Origin: a virus
Taxonomy: Duplodnaviria > Caudoviricetes
Strand: one strand, 5' to 3'
Length of the DNA: 47,139 bases
IMG/VR virus record: IMGVR_UViG_3300022407_003814
Span: 1 to 47,139 of that record
The notes under the pieces were generated by a model. That model searched no databases and was not told where the DNA came from. It saw nothing but the letters and a program-made list of their open reading frames with translations. Below, piece after piece: positions 1 to 7,999 of the stretch (positions are counted from its first letter, which is position 1; each line of letters starts with the position of its first letter). Position numbers and translations under genes: made by a program.

Positions 1-127
1 CGAGCAGCATCGACTGAATGGCCTCCATGCCTCCCATCCGTTCCCTGGGGATTACTGGCAAGAGCGCCTCGTAGGGTACTTCGTTGTGCTAGAACCGGTA
101 GATGGTGGGGCAATCATCTGCGACAAG
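1..127. repeat. Terminal direct repeat (127 bp), identical to 47013-47139; most likely a k=127 assembly overlap indicating a circular/complete contig
   Basis: cgagcagcat...tgcgacaag occurs at both ends; an ORF reads through the junction. Confidence 0.95.
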
Positions 128-319
128 AAAATTGATTACCCGGATGGCTGGTCTTGGGATCTAAAGGCCTCGCGATTTATGTCTTCTGACGACATTTATT
201 TGGAGGTCCGCTATTCCAGCTTTGACGGCTGGGTGGCTGATGTTTGTCCCGCCTTACACATGGGTACAGTCAGGGACTGGGTAGAAGCTGGTCGCCCGAT
301 GGCGGATCTAACGCCATGA
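1..319 (+). CDS. Hypothetical protein, 3' part; starts at ATG 46987 across the circular junction (MKINGSRFAEQHRLNG...)
   Basis: Frame is open from 46987 through the overlap to TGA 319; start overlaps the end of the upstream gene. Confidence 0.75.
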   Translation, partial: EQHRLNGLHASHPFPGDYWQERLVGYFVVLEPVDGGAIICDKKIDYPDGWSWDLKASRFMSSDDIYLEVRYSSFDGWVADVCPALHMGTVRDWVEAGRPMADLTP

Positions 320-378
320 AAGCCCAACTCCCCGCCTACTGCTGGTGCCTGCTGGCACTGGCACAACTGATTTGCTGA
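316..378 (+). CDS. 20-aa hydrophobic micropeptide MKAQLPAYCWCLLALAQLIC
   Basis: ATGA overlap with the upstream stop; its stop runs into the GAGGT SD of the next gene. Confidence 0.45.
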   Translation: MKAQLPAYCWCLLALAQLIC

Positions 379-386
379 GGTGATTT

Positions 387-641
387 ATGATCAGATTCTT
401 GATTTGGCTTGGTTTCATTCGCCGCCGTGAAAACGGCACCATCCGCTGGCCTTTCCACGCGGCCCCATGGCACTGCTGGAAGTCCTTCGCACGACACCCG
501 ATTGGCGTGACCAAGTGTTGGGGTGCGTTCTATCTGTTCCGCAATGTCCCAGGCGTAATCAAGTGGGAGGAAGGGCGTGTTCTTCCTCGGCGCTGGGGTT
601 TTGGATTTTTTGGATTGATCGAATTCGGCGACAGGGGCTAA
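387..641 (+). CDS. Hypothetical protein (84 aa)
   Basis: GAGGTG SD before ATG; in operon. Confidence 0.7.
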   Translation: MIRFLIWLGFIRRRENGTIRWPFHAAPWHCWKSFARHPIGVTKCWGAFYLFRNVPGVIKWEEGRVLPRRWGFGFFGLIEFGDRG

Positions 642-646
642 CGACC

Positions 647-1135
647 ATGACCACCAACCAAACGATTGACGGCGTGTCGCGTGAGCTGATCGAACGAGTT
701 CGGCGCCATATGCTGAATGGTACAGCCAATATCAAAGACCTGGCCGAGCTGCGCGCCCTGCTGGATGCGCCTGCCATCAAGCCGCGCCCGTTCGGGTATT
801 GGCTGACCCCGAAGACATGCGCAGGCTTGGCTATGTTTCAGCGGGAACTGATAGAAGACCCAGTATTAACCGCAAGCGTTGTTGAGTATTTTCACGTTAC
901 GCCGCTATACGATGCGCCAGCCAAGCCCCAGGGCGAGCCGGTTTATCAAACACGCTGGAACCGTCTAGGCGAATGGGAGGAATGGAAGACGGTCAGCCTG
1001 GAGCAGTATCAACGCAGCGAAGGCAGACTGTTTGAGCGCCGGATCGTCTACGCCGAGCAGCCCGCGCCAAAAACGGTGCGTATGTGCGACTGCAATCAAG
1101 GGCGCTTGCCCTGTAACGGAGAGTGCAAGCCATGA
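647..1135 (+). CDS. Hypothetical mosaic early protein (MTTNQTIDGVSREL...PQGEPV...YAEQPAP)
   Basis: AGGGG SD before ATG 647; these short modules resemble Pseudomonas phage accessory genes as I recall them. Confidence 0.75.
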   Translation: MTTNQTIDGVSRELIERVRRHMLNGTANIKDLAELRALLDAPAIKPRPFGYWLTPKTCAGLAMFQRELIEDPVLTASVVEYFHVTPLYDAPAKPQGEPVYQTRWNRLGEWEEWKTVSLEQYQRSEGRLFERRIVYAEQPAPKTVRMCDCNQGRLPCNGECKP

Positions 1136-1437
1136 CTGATTTGTCCGAGTTCGTGAAGCTTTACGAGTCCGGTATGCGCGACGTGCACATCGCAGCGCAA
1201 CTCGGGGTAAGCCGCGCTACAGTGCACCGTCGACTCAAAGCTCATTATGGGGAAGCGCGGTCTAGAGGAAGCGCGCCGAGGCAAATTAAAGGCGCATACC
1301 TAGACGAGATTGTTAAACGCCGGAAAGAGGGTAAAACCTGGATAACCATCGAGGCGGAGGTCGGCTTTAACTGCCGTGCTATGCAACGCGCAATTCGTCA
1401 CTTTGGTTTGCAGGAGGCATGCCGTGCGAAATCATAA
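1132..1437 (+). CDS. Tandem helix-turn-helix DNA-binding protein
   Basis: IAAQLGVSRATVHRRL HTH plus a second HTH-like segment GKTWITIEAEVGFNCRAMQRAI; ATGA coupling. Confidence 0.75.
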   Translation: MTDLSEFVKLYESGMRDVHIAAQLGVSRATVHRRLKAHYGEARSRGSAPRQIKGAYLDEIVKRRKEGKTWITIEAEVGFNCRAMQRAIRHFGLQEACRAKS

Positions 1438-1597
1438 AGCAATCCCTTTGCCGGACCTGGCCTTCGCCTATGAGCTTTACTGTCAGGGCATCCCCTGGAA
1501 GTCGATAACGCGGCACGTCTCATGGGAGCGCACCGCGTTAATCAAGGCTATTGGGCGACGACTAAAACCTGAGCAGGCGCCGCCGCAACGTTCGTAA
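1424..1597 (+). CDS. Small HTH-like protein
   Basis: GGAGG SD, GTG start; AYELYCQGIPWKSITRHV. Confidence 0.6.
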   Translation: MRNHKAIPLPDLAFAYELYCQGIPWKSITRHVSWERTALIKAIGRRLKPEQAPPQRS

Positions 1598-2459
1598 CCA
1601 ACCCTGCCAATACCTGCACTGACAGGACCGTAAGCACCTCGCGCTGCACCAGGCGTACGCTGAAACCGGTTGTCGTGCTGCTCACCAATACCCAACTCTG
1701 TGTTGACGCACTCGGCGGTCCCGGCTGAACACTGGGCACCGCCGGGAACGCAGTCGGGTACGTCACCGTGAGCAATCCGTTCGAGTCCGTAACACCGATA
1801 TAACTCTCGATTCGCTTAGCCGTCGGCAACGTAGCCAATGACCCATCACCCCGAACGTATTGCGCCGTGGTGCCCGTGGGTATCGTCAGCTTGGTCGCCA
1901 GTTGGGCCGATGTCGCTGCATCCGTAATCCCGTAGCCGCTAAGTGTCGTAGGCGTTGAGGTAATCGTGCTCCACGCTTGCGTGTGCGCTGTGGGGGCGAA
2001 CGTCGTCGGGATGCCTGTCAGAGACGCATACGCGCCATTGAACAGGGCAGGGAATGCGGCCAGGGTGCCGTCACCGCGCAGATATTGGGCCGTCGTGCCG
2101 CCCGGGGCTGCGAGTTTCCCATCGAGCGCGGTCTGCAGCCCGGTAACCTGGCTGATCGGGTGCACATGAGCTGCAGGCGCGAACACGGATGGCGTGCCTG
2201 TCAAATCGCCGTACGCCCCGCTGAAACCTGTGAGCAAACCGGACGACATCGACAGACCTGAACCGATGCCGAAGAACGCCGGCAGGTTCGACGCGCCGAA
2301 GTAACCCAAGATCGCATTCGTTCCGCCACCGCCTGGTGGACTGACGCCGCGGGTAAGCGTGGCCGCATCGTCGGCCCGGCGCTGGTTAATCAGCAGGTCG
2401 TTGCCGGCAGCCTGGGCCAGTATCGGGATCAGCATCAATGCAGCAAGTAATTTTCTCAT
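1548..2459 (-). CDS. Fibre-like protein with phage-tail repeats and an N-terminal Sec signal peptide
   Basis: MRKLLAALMLIPILAQA|AG; HVHPISQVTGLQTALDGK; two GTTAQY(L/V)RGDG(T/S)LA repeats; C-terminal VTYPTAFPAVPSV...TTTGFSVR domain; GAGGA SD and ATGA overlap. Confidence 0.8.
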   Translation of the reverse strand: MRKLLAALMLIPILAQAAGNDLLINQRRADDAATLTRGVSPPGGGGTNAILGYFGASNLPAFFGIGSGLSMSSGLLTGFSGAYGDLTGTPSVFAPAAHVHPISQVTGLQTALDGKLAAPGGTTAQYLRGDGTLAAFPALFNGAYASLTGIPTTFAPTAHTQAWSTITSTPTTLSGYGITDAATSAQLATKLTIPTGTTAQYVRGDGSLATLPTAKRIESYIGVTDSNGLLTVTYPTAFPAVPSVQPGPPSASTQSWVLVSSTTTGFSVRLVQREVLTVLSVQVLAGLVTNVAAAPAQVLVVAQ

Positions 2460-2827
2460 ACGGTCCTCGACCAGGTGTTGGGGGCGAATTTGAAGAACAC
2501 GGTCACGCCGTTGGCGCTCAGCATCACTTCGGCGTTGTCGATCGTTGTTGCGCCGGTGATCATCAGCGAGACGATGTTGCGCGTGCTGCGGATGCGCAAG
2601 GCCTGATTCTCACGGCCAGCCGATTCAGGGGGCAGCACCAGAGTGAGGGCGGCCAGGTCGGTCGCCGGTGTGAGCGTAACAAACAGATCGTTCGGCACCG
2701 CTGGTAGCGTCACGGTCGCGCCATTGACTGGGGAGTAACTGACGCTCACCGGCGCGAGGGCCGGGCCCATGGCGGCCTCGATCATCGCTTCCGTTGCCGC
2801 CTGCGTCATACCTGGGTCCCGGATCAT
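2456..2827 (-). CDS. Beta-rich hypothetical protein (123 aa), possibly a virion or fibre accessory
   Basis: ATGA coupling to the upstream gene; TLVLP...LRIRS...VFFKF..NTW pattern resembles fibre domains. Confidence 0.7.
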   Translation of the reverse strand: MIRDPGMTQAATEAMIEAAMGPALAPVSVSYSPVNGATVTLPAVPNDLFVTLTPATDLAALTLVLPPESAGRENQALRIRSTRNIVSLMITGATTIDNAEVMLSANGVTVFFKFAPNTWSRTV

Positions 2828-3090
2828 GCGGCACCGCCTTGCACGTATGCAGTGATCCCGTTGGGGCTGCACCGGATCCACAGACCTGCAGCACCTGCGT
2901 CGACAACGGCTTCGAGGCCGGACTGTAGCCAGCGGCCGGTGTTATCAGTTGCTGCTGGTGCGACGGCACCTTGTTGCAGGATGGCCACGTTGCCGGATTG
3001 GTTCTGGATCAACAGGGCGGTACCTGGTGCGATGCCGGACAGGGCATAGACGTCGGCCCAAGCGGATGTGGTAGTTTTAATTTGCGGCAT
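2824..3090 (-). CDS. Hypothetical beta-sandwich-like protein (88 aa)
   Basis: AAGGAG SD; first gene of a three-gene minus-strand operon. Confidence 0.75.
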   Translation of the reverse strand: MPQIKTTTSAWADVYALSGIAPGTALLIQNQSGNVAILQQGAVAPAATDNTGRWLQSGLEAVVDAGAAGLWIRCSPNGITAYVQGGAA

Positions 3091-3167
3091 GGGTGCAGCT
3101 CCTTGAATTGACGGTTCGGTCGGTGCGGAGTACCCTTGCGCTTTGACAAGCCTGGAGTAACCCTGAG

Positions 3168-3395
3168 ATGCACCAACCTATGCAAGGCGCAAAAGCGCCT
3201 GAAACCGTGACCCCGTCACGTATGCTAAGTTCCGACGAGCTGGCCGATTACCTGCAACTGACACCGGAGACTGTGCGACGACTGGCGCGCCGGGGCGACA
3301 TCCCCTCCGTGACCGTCGCGCGGCGCACTCGGTTCGATTTGGCGGCGGTGCTGCATGTTCTGGAACACGGACAAGAAAAAGCCCGCACTGTGTAG
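3168..3395 (+). CDS. Excisionase-like (HTH_17 / MerR-type winged HTH) DNA-binding protein
   Basis: LSSDELADYLQLTPETVRRLARRGDIPSVTVARRTRF; GGAG SD; TTGACG-17-TACCCT upstream. Confidence 0.85.
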   Translation: MHQPMQGAKAPETVTPSRMLSSDELADYLQLTPETVRRLARRGDIPSVTVARRTRFDLAAVLHVLEHGQEKARTV

Positions 3396-3453
3396 GCAGG
3401 CGGGCTAAATATTTCATATCGCAGGGTCGCGCGATTATCGCAAGGTGTAATAA

Positions 3454-5766
3454 ATGAGTCAAGACCTCTATAAAGGGTGGGCGTTGTATTACGCATCACT
3501 CGGGTGGCACGTTTTCCCCCTCAAACCTGGCACCAAATACCCCGGCTGCGAACACGGCAGCAGCGAAGCAACCACTGACATCAATCAGATAACCCGCTGG
3601 TGGGACGCGTCTCCTAACTCCGGCATTGGCATGCGGCCGGCAACCTCCGGGCTGTACGTGCTCGACATGGACCCCCGCAACGGCGGCGAGGCCAGTTTCG
3701 CGGCGCTGCAGGCGGAACACGGGCTGCTCCTGTCGCCGGTGATGGCGCAGTCTGGCCGCGGTACCGGGTTTCACATGTACTTCGCAGCACCGGTGCCTGG
3801 CACCCGCTACAAAGGGCAGCCCGGCCCGGGCCTGGACGGTAAGCACAACGGTTTCGTGGTGCTGCCGCCATCAATCCATCCCGATACACAGCAGCCCTAC
3901 ACCTGGATGACAGGAACACCTGGTGCGGGTGAGCAGCTGCCCGTGGCGCCGGTATTCCTTGAGAAACACATAATCGAACGGCCCGACCGTGTACCGCGCG
4001 CCGTCGATCCTGCGGAACTGCCGTCGATCAAAGCCGCGCTCGCCTATCTGGACGCCGAAGACAACGAGACCTGGCAGAACACCATGGCCTCCATGAAGCA
4101 CTGGGGTGACCACGCCGAGGCTGAGGCCGAAGCAATGGAGGCGTTCTGTGAGTGGTCGGCCACCAGCGGCAAGCCGGAGCACAGCGGCAACGAGCATGAA
4201 ATCGAGAAACGTTGGGACAGCTGGTCCAGCGATGCACCCGGAGCCCGCACCATCGCTTCGGTGTTTCACGATGCCAAAGCGAAAGGGTTCCGCATGGGCC
4301 CGGACGCCAAAGCTGCGTTCGACAAGATGCAAGAGCTGCTCGGAATGCAGGTTGCGGCGCCGGTGGCCGAAGCACTCAACACGCCGGAACCTGTCACAGT
4401 AATCGCCGGTGAGTTCGAACCATTGGCTGCGCTGAAAGTCACCCAGGTGCACACGTTCAACGATCACCTGATGGACGCCGCGGTGCTGCGTGACTCCGAG
4501 GGCGTCTTCCGTGCACGCCTAGGCTCGTTCGAAGGCGCGTCCCACTGGTGGAACGGCCGTTGCTGGGAATACGCGCCTGACGACGAGCTGCGCCGGCTGA
4601 TCGGAATCTCAATGATCAGCGCCACGATCAAAACCTCGTCCGGCCGCATCAAAGGTACGCTCGAAGTGCTGCGCGACCAGTTGCCGCGCTACGGGCAGTC
4701 GGACCCGCCGTCGTCGTTTACCTTCTTTGCCAACGGCGTGCTGGACACCGGCAGCGGGCAGCTACGGGCGCACGGGCCTGAGTACCGCAACAGCCGCACC
4801 CTGGCCGTCGACTACGATCCTACCGCGCAGTGCGTGCAGTGGCTGGCGTGGCTGGCTGATATTTTCCGCAGTGACCTCGAACGTATCTCGTTGCTGCAGG
4901 AGATGCTCGGGTGGTGTCTTTGCCGCGATCACCTGGGTATCGAGAAGTCGATGATATTTATCGGGCCACCGCGCTCAGGCAAGGGCACCATCATCAAAGT
5001 GCTCCGCGCGCTACTGGGTGACGGCGCTGGGGCATTTGCGCTGCCGACGCTGGACGACAACAAAATCCTATCCGGTATGCGCGGCCAAAACGTCAGCATC
5101 GACAGTGACACGGCGAGCCCTGGGCGCAACAACGCGCGCCAGGTGGGCGGCCTGTTCAAAACGATCAGCTCCAATGAACCGGTGTCGCTGGCGCTGCTGT
5201 ACACGCAGGCTCCCTGGCAAGGCGCGCTCAACTGCAAACTGCTCCTGGCTTCCAACAGCATCCCGACGCTGTTCGATGACTCGGGTGCCAGTGCCAACCG
5301 GTGGATACCGTTGGCGTTCGACCGGTCGTTCCTCGATCACGAACAGGTTGACCTGGCCGACCGGTTGCTGGTGGAGCTGCCCGGGATCGCCGCATGGGCT
5401 GTACAAGGCCTTCAGCGCCTCATGCGCAACGGCCGGTTCACCTTGCCGCAGTCGAGCCGCGATGAGTTGGGCAATATGCTGTCCAGTAGCTCCCCCACCG
5501 AGAGCTACATAAAAGACCGTCTGGTTGTGGCGGCGGGCCAGCGTGTGAGTGAGGCGGAGCTGTGGGACGATTACCTCAAGTGGTACGTGGTCGAGGGCCT
5601 AGAGCAGATGAAACGGCGGGACTTTATGCGGGCAATCGCTGACGCCTTACGCGGGCGAGGCGCTACTCACAAGCAGGCCATACGTTTCGGATTGAACGTT
5701 TTGAGGGGGTTCGAGGGGGTTTCACTGGCGCAAGGCAACGTGGTGCCCATACGTTCAGGAAATTGA
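3454..5766 (+). CDS. Bifunctional primase/polymerase - PriCT-2 - D5/SF3 helicase (P4 alpha-like)
   Basis: GWHVFPL, VLDMDPRNGG, GFHMYF and FVVLPPSIHP (Prim-Pol); Walker A GPPRSGKGT; LLLASNSIP. Confidence 0.92.
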   Translation: MSQDLYKGWALYYASLGWHVFPLKPGTKYPGCEHGSSEATTDINQITRWWDASPNSGIGMRPATSGLYVLDMDPRNGGEASFAALQAEHGLLLSPVMAQSGRGTGFHMYFAAPVPGTRYKGQPGPGLDGKHNGFVVLPPSIHPDTQQPYTWMTGTPGAGEQLPVAPVFLEKHIIERPDRVPRAVDPAELPSIKAALAYLDAEDNETWQNTMASMKHWGDHAEAEAEAMEAFCEWSATSGKPEHSGNEHEIEKRWDSWSSDAPGARTIASVFHDAKAKGFRMGPDAKAAFDKMQELLGMQVAAPVAEALNTPEPVTVIAGEFEPLAALKVTQVHTFNDHLMDAAVLRDSEGVFRARLGSFEGASHWWNGRCWEYAPDDELRRLIGISMISATIKTSSGRIKGTLEVLRDQLPRYGQSDPPSSFTFFANGVLDTGSGQLRAHGPEYRNSRTLAVDYDPTAQCVQWLAWLADIFRSDLERISLLQEMLGWCLCRDHLGIEKSMIFIGPPRSGKGTIIKVLRALLGDGAGAFALPTLDDNKILSGMRGQNVSIDSDTASPGRNNARQVGGLFKTISSNEPVSLALLYTQAPWQGALNCKLLLASNSIPTLFDDSGASANRWIPLAFDRSFLDHEQVDLADRLLVELPGIAAWAVQGLQRLMRNGRFTLPQSSRDELGNMLSSSSPTESYIKDRLVVAAGQRVSEAELWDDYLKWYVVEGLEQMKRRDFMRAIADALRGRGATHKQAIRFGLNVLRGFEGVSLAQGNVVPIRSGN

Positions 5767-5773
5767 GAATTTG

Positions 5774-5799
5774 GCCCAGCTTTTACGCTGGGCTTTTTT
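5774..5799 (+). terminator. Rho-independent terminator after primase
   Basis: gcccagc-ttttac-gctgggc followed by tttttt. Confidence 0.8.
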
Positions 5800-5807
5800 A
5801 TGCGCTG

Positions 5808-6085
5808 CGTGTATGCAGTTTTTGGCAAAGGTAGGCGGTTTGTATGCGGTTTGCGAATACACTCAAAGCCCCGAGTTACGCGGCCTCTAGCTCTTTGTAG
5901 TCAATGTAGTCAGTTTTTTATAAAAGTAATATTTGAATAGAAAGAAGTAGTAAATGTAACAAAGAAATAGTGTAAATAAGCAACAAATAGGGAGAAACTG
6001 CATACACTGCATACAAATTCGCTATTTCTTCAATGATTACAGGGACTTAGGTGTATGCAGTTCTCGTATACGGTTTTGCATACAC
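5808..6085. other. Putative replication origin (iterons plus AT-rich core) and/or pac region
   Basis: TGTATGCAGT-like 10-mers at 5810, 5841, 5896, 5905, 6052, 6065 and inverted at 5997, 6006, 6076, around a very AT-rich core at 5915-5990. Confidence 0.65.
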
Positions 6086-6126
6086 GGAATTGTGGTAGCA
6101 TTGGCGTCAACTCGTGGAGGTGGGAC

Positions 6127-6495
6127 ATGGTGGTACTCGATTACTTTGGGGTGGAATGGCTGTGTGACCAGATCCAGGACGGCAACACGTTGACTGCTGC
6201 TGCTGCTGAGGCAGGTGTGCCACGTTCTACGTTGCTGCGGTGGGTGGCCGCCGACCCGGTTCGCTCCGCGCGCGTGCGCGAGGCCCGGCAGCAGGCCGGC
6301 GCAGCATGGGACGACCTGGCAGAGCAGGGCCTCAAGGACGCCAAGACGCCCCACCAGCTGGCAATCGCCCGCGAACTGGCACACCACTACCGATGGCGCG
6401 CCCGGGCCATCGATCCGCAGTACAAGGAAAAAGTGCAGCAGGAACACACCGGCGACCTACAGGTGACTCAAATCGTTCGCAAGGTGATCGACTGA
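6127..6495 (+). CDS. terS: Terminase small subunit
   Basis: GGAGGT SD; N-terminal HTH (GVPRSTLLRWV); YRWRA...PQYKEKVQQEHTG; TGATG coupling to terL. Confidence 0.88.
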   Translation: MVVLDYFGVEWLCDQIQDGNTLTAAAAEAGVPRSTLLRWVAADPVRSARVREARQQAGAAWDDLAEQGLKDAKTPHQLAIARELAHHYRWRARAIDPQYKEKVQQEHTGDLQVTQIVRKVID

Positions 6496-7736
6496 TGCAG
6501 CTCCAGATCGACACACCGCGCTGGGCGCTACCCCTGTTGCCCCCCAGGCGCTACAAAGGCGTGAAGGGGGGTCGTGGGTCCGGCAAGAGCCACTTTCTTG
6601 CCGAGTTACTGGTCGAGGAGCACGTGGCGAACCCGAATCAGCAGTCCGTGTGCATCCGGGAGATTCAAAAGTCGCTCAAGTTCTCAGCCAAAAAGCTGAT
6701 CGAAAGCAAGATTCGCTCCCTGGGCGTGGCGCACCTGTTCGACATCACGCTCACGGAGATTCGCCGCGTAGGCCACGAGGGGTTGATCATTTTCCAGGGG
6801 ATGCAGGATCACACCGCGGACTCGATCAAATCCCTGGAAGGCTTCGACCGAGCGTGGGTGGAGGAAGCGCAGAGCCTGTCGCATCGGTCGCTTGAGCTGC
6901 TCCGACCGACCATCCGCAACCACGGGTCGCAAATCTGGTTCAGCTGGAACCCTGACCAACGTACGGACGCGGTGGATCAGTTCATGTGCAGCGACGATGC
7001 GGCCAACGATCCTGAGTTCATCACGATTCACGTCAACATCACGCAGAACCCGTTCCGGCCCCAGGTCCTGGTCGATGAGATGGAACGCGACCGCGCATCG
7101 GCGCTCGATACGTTCGGCCACGTTTGGCTCGGTGAGTACCGTGACCGAACCGACGCGCAGATATTCGCGGGCAAGTACCGTATCGGCGCCCTGGACTGGG
7201 CGGCAGACTGGGACGGCCCGTATCACGGCCTCGACTGGGGATTCAGCCAGGACCCAACCGCCGCCACACGCTGCTGGATCGCACCAGGCAACGTGCTGTA
7301 CATCGATGCCGAATGCGGCAAGGTGGGCCTCGAACTTGACGACACGCCGGCATATCTGCAGAACGCGCTGCCTGGGATCGCCGATTACGAGGTCATCGCG
7401 GACAGCGCGCGCCCCGAATCCATCAGCTACGTGAAGCGCAAAGGCATACCGCGATGCGTCGGGGCCGTGAAGGGCAAAGGCAGCGTTGAGGACGGCATCG
7501 ACCACCTGAAATCGTTTAGCCAGATCGTCATTCACCCGGACTGTGTTGAGACGGCCGAGGAATTCCGGCTCTATTCGTACAAGATCGACCGCAAGTCGGG
7601 TCAGGTGCTGCGCGACATCGCGGACAAGTTCAACCACTACATCGACAGCCTGCGCTACGCACTGGAGAAGGTGATGATCGCCAAGCAACCAGGCGTCGGC
7701 CTGATGATGCCAGCGAGATTACGTCGCAGGGGTTGA
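6495..7736 (+). CDS. terL: Terminase large subunit, PBSX family (headful packaging)
   Basis: GGRGSGKS Walker A, WVEEA Walker B, GLDWGFSQDP, ADSARPESI, NHYIDSLRYA. Confidence 0.96.
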   Translation: MQLQIDTPRWALPLLPPRRYKGVKGGRGSGKSHFLAELLVEEHVANPNQQSVCIREIQKSLKFSAKKLIESKIRSLGVAHLFDITLTEIRRVGHEGLIIFQGMQDHTADSIKSLEGFDRAWVEEAQSLSHRSLELLRPTIRNHGSQIWFSWNPDQRTDAVDQFMCSDDAANDPEFITIHVNITQNPFRPQVLVDEMERDRASALDTFGHVWLGEYRDRTDAQIFAGKYRIGALDWAADWDGPYHGLDWGFSQDPTAATRCWIAPGNVLYIDAECGKVGLELDDTPAYLQNALPGIADYEVIADSARPESISYVKRKGIPRCVGAVKGKGSVEDGIDHLKSFSQIVIHPDCVETAEEFRLYSYKIDRKSGQVLRDIADKFNHYIDSLRYALEKVMIAKQPGVGLMMPARLRRRG

Positions 7737-7761
7737 CAGGTGCGGCGACTGGGGCGAGTAT
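7732..7761 (+). promoter_or_regulatory. Sigma70-like promoter with palindromic box
   Basis: TTGACA-17-GAGTAT; box gttgac aggtgc ggcgac overlaps the terL stop codon. Confidence 0.7.
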
Positions 7762-7800
7762 GGCCTCCCAAGGTTAAAAATTAAGCAAGAGGATAGGGAG

Positions 7801-7998
7801 ATGACTTCTGTTGTAAAATGCGCAGCGCACCCGGCGGACGGTAAGGAACTCGTCGTTCGAGTTTTTGAAGTAATCGAGGGCGAAGGTTTTGATGACGTGA
7901 AAATTATCGAAGAACGCGTTCTGCAGAACGGCGAAACTTTCGACGCAGTTATTTTCGATCAACGACGCGTTGTCAGTTTTGAGCGTGATAAAACCTAA
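7801..7998 (+). CDS. Hypothetical acidic protein (65 aa), co-transcribed with a structured RNA
   Basis: GAGGA/GGGAG SD; lies between the promoter at 7733 and the terminator at 8312. Confidence 0.8.
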   Translation: MTSVVKCAAHPADGKELVVRVFEVIEGEGFDDVKIIEERVLQNGETFDAVIFDQRRVVSFERDKT

Positions 7999-7999
7999 C

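Noticed and set aside
1-127. 127-bp terminal repeat as a biological DTR
   Set aside because: The length equals a common assembler k-mer, it falls mid-gene, and the PBSX-type TerL implies headful circular permutation.
3168-3395. Evidence for an integrating temperate lifestyle
   Set aside because: An excisionase-like HTH is present, but I see no tyrosine/serine integrase, CI repressor or ParAB.
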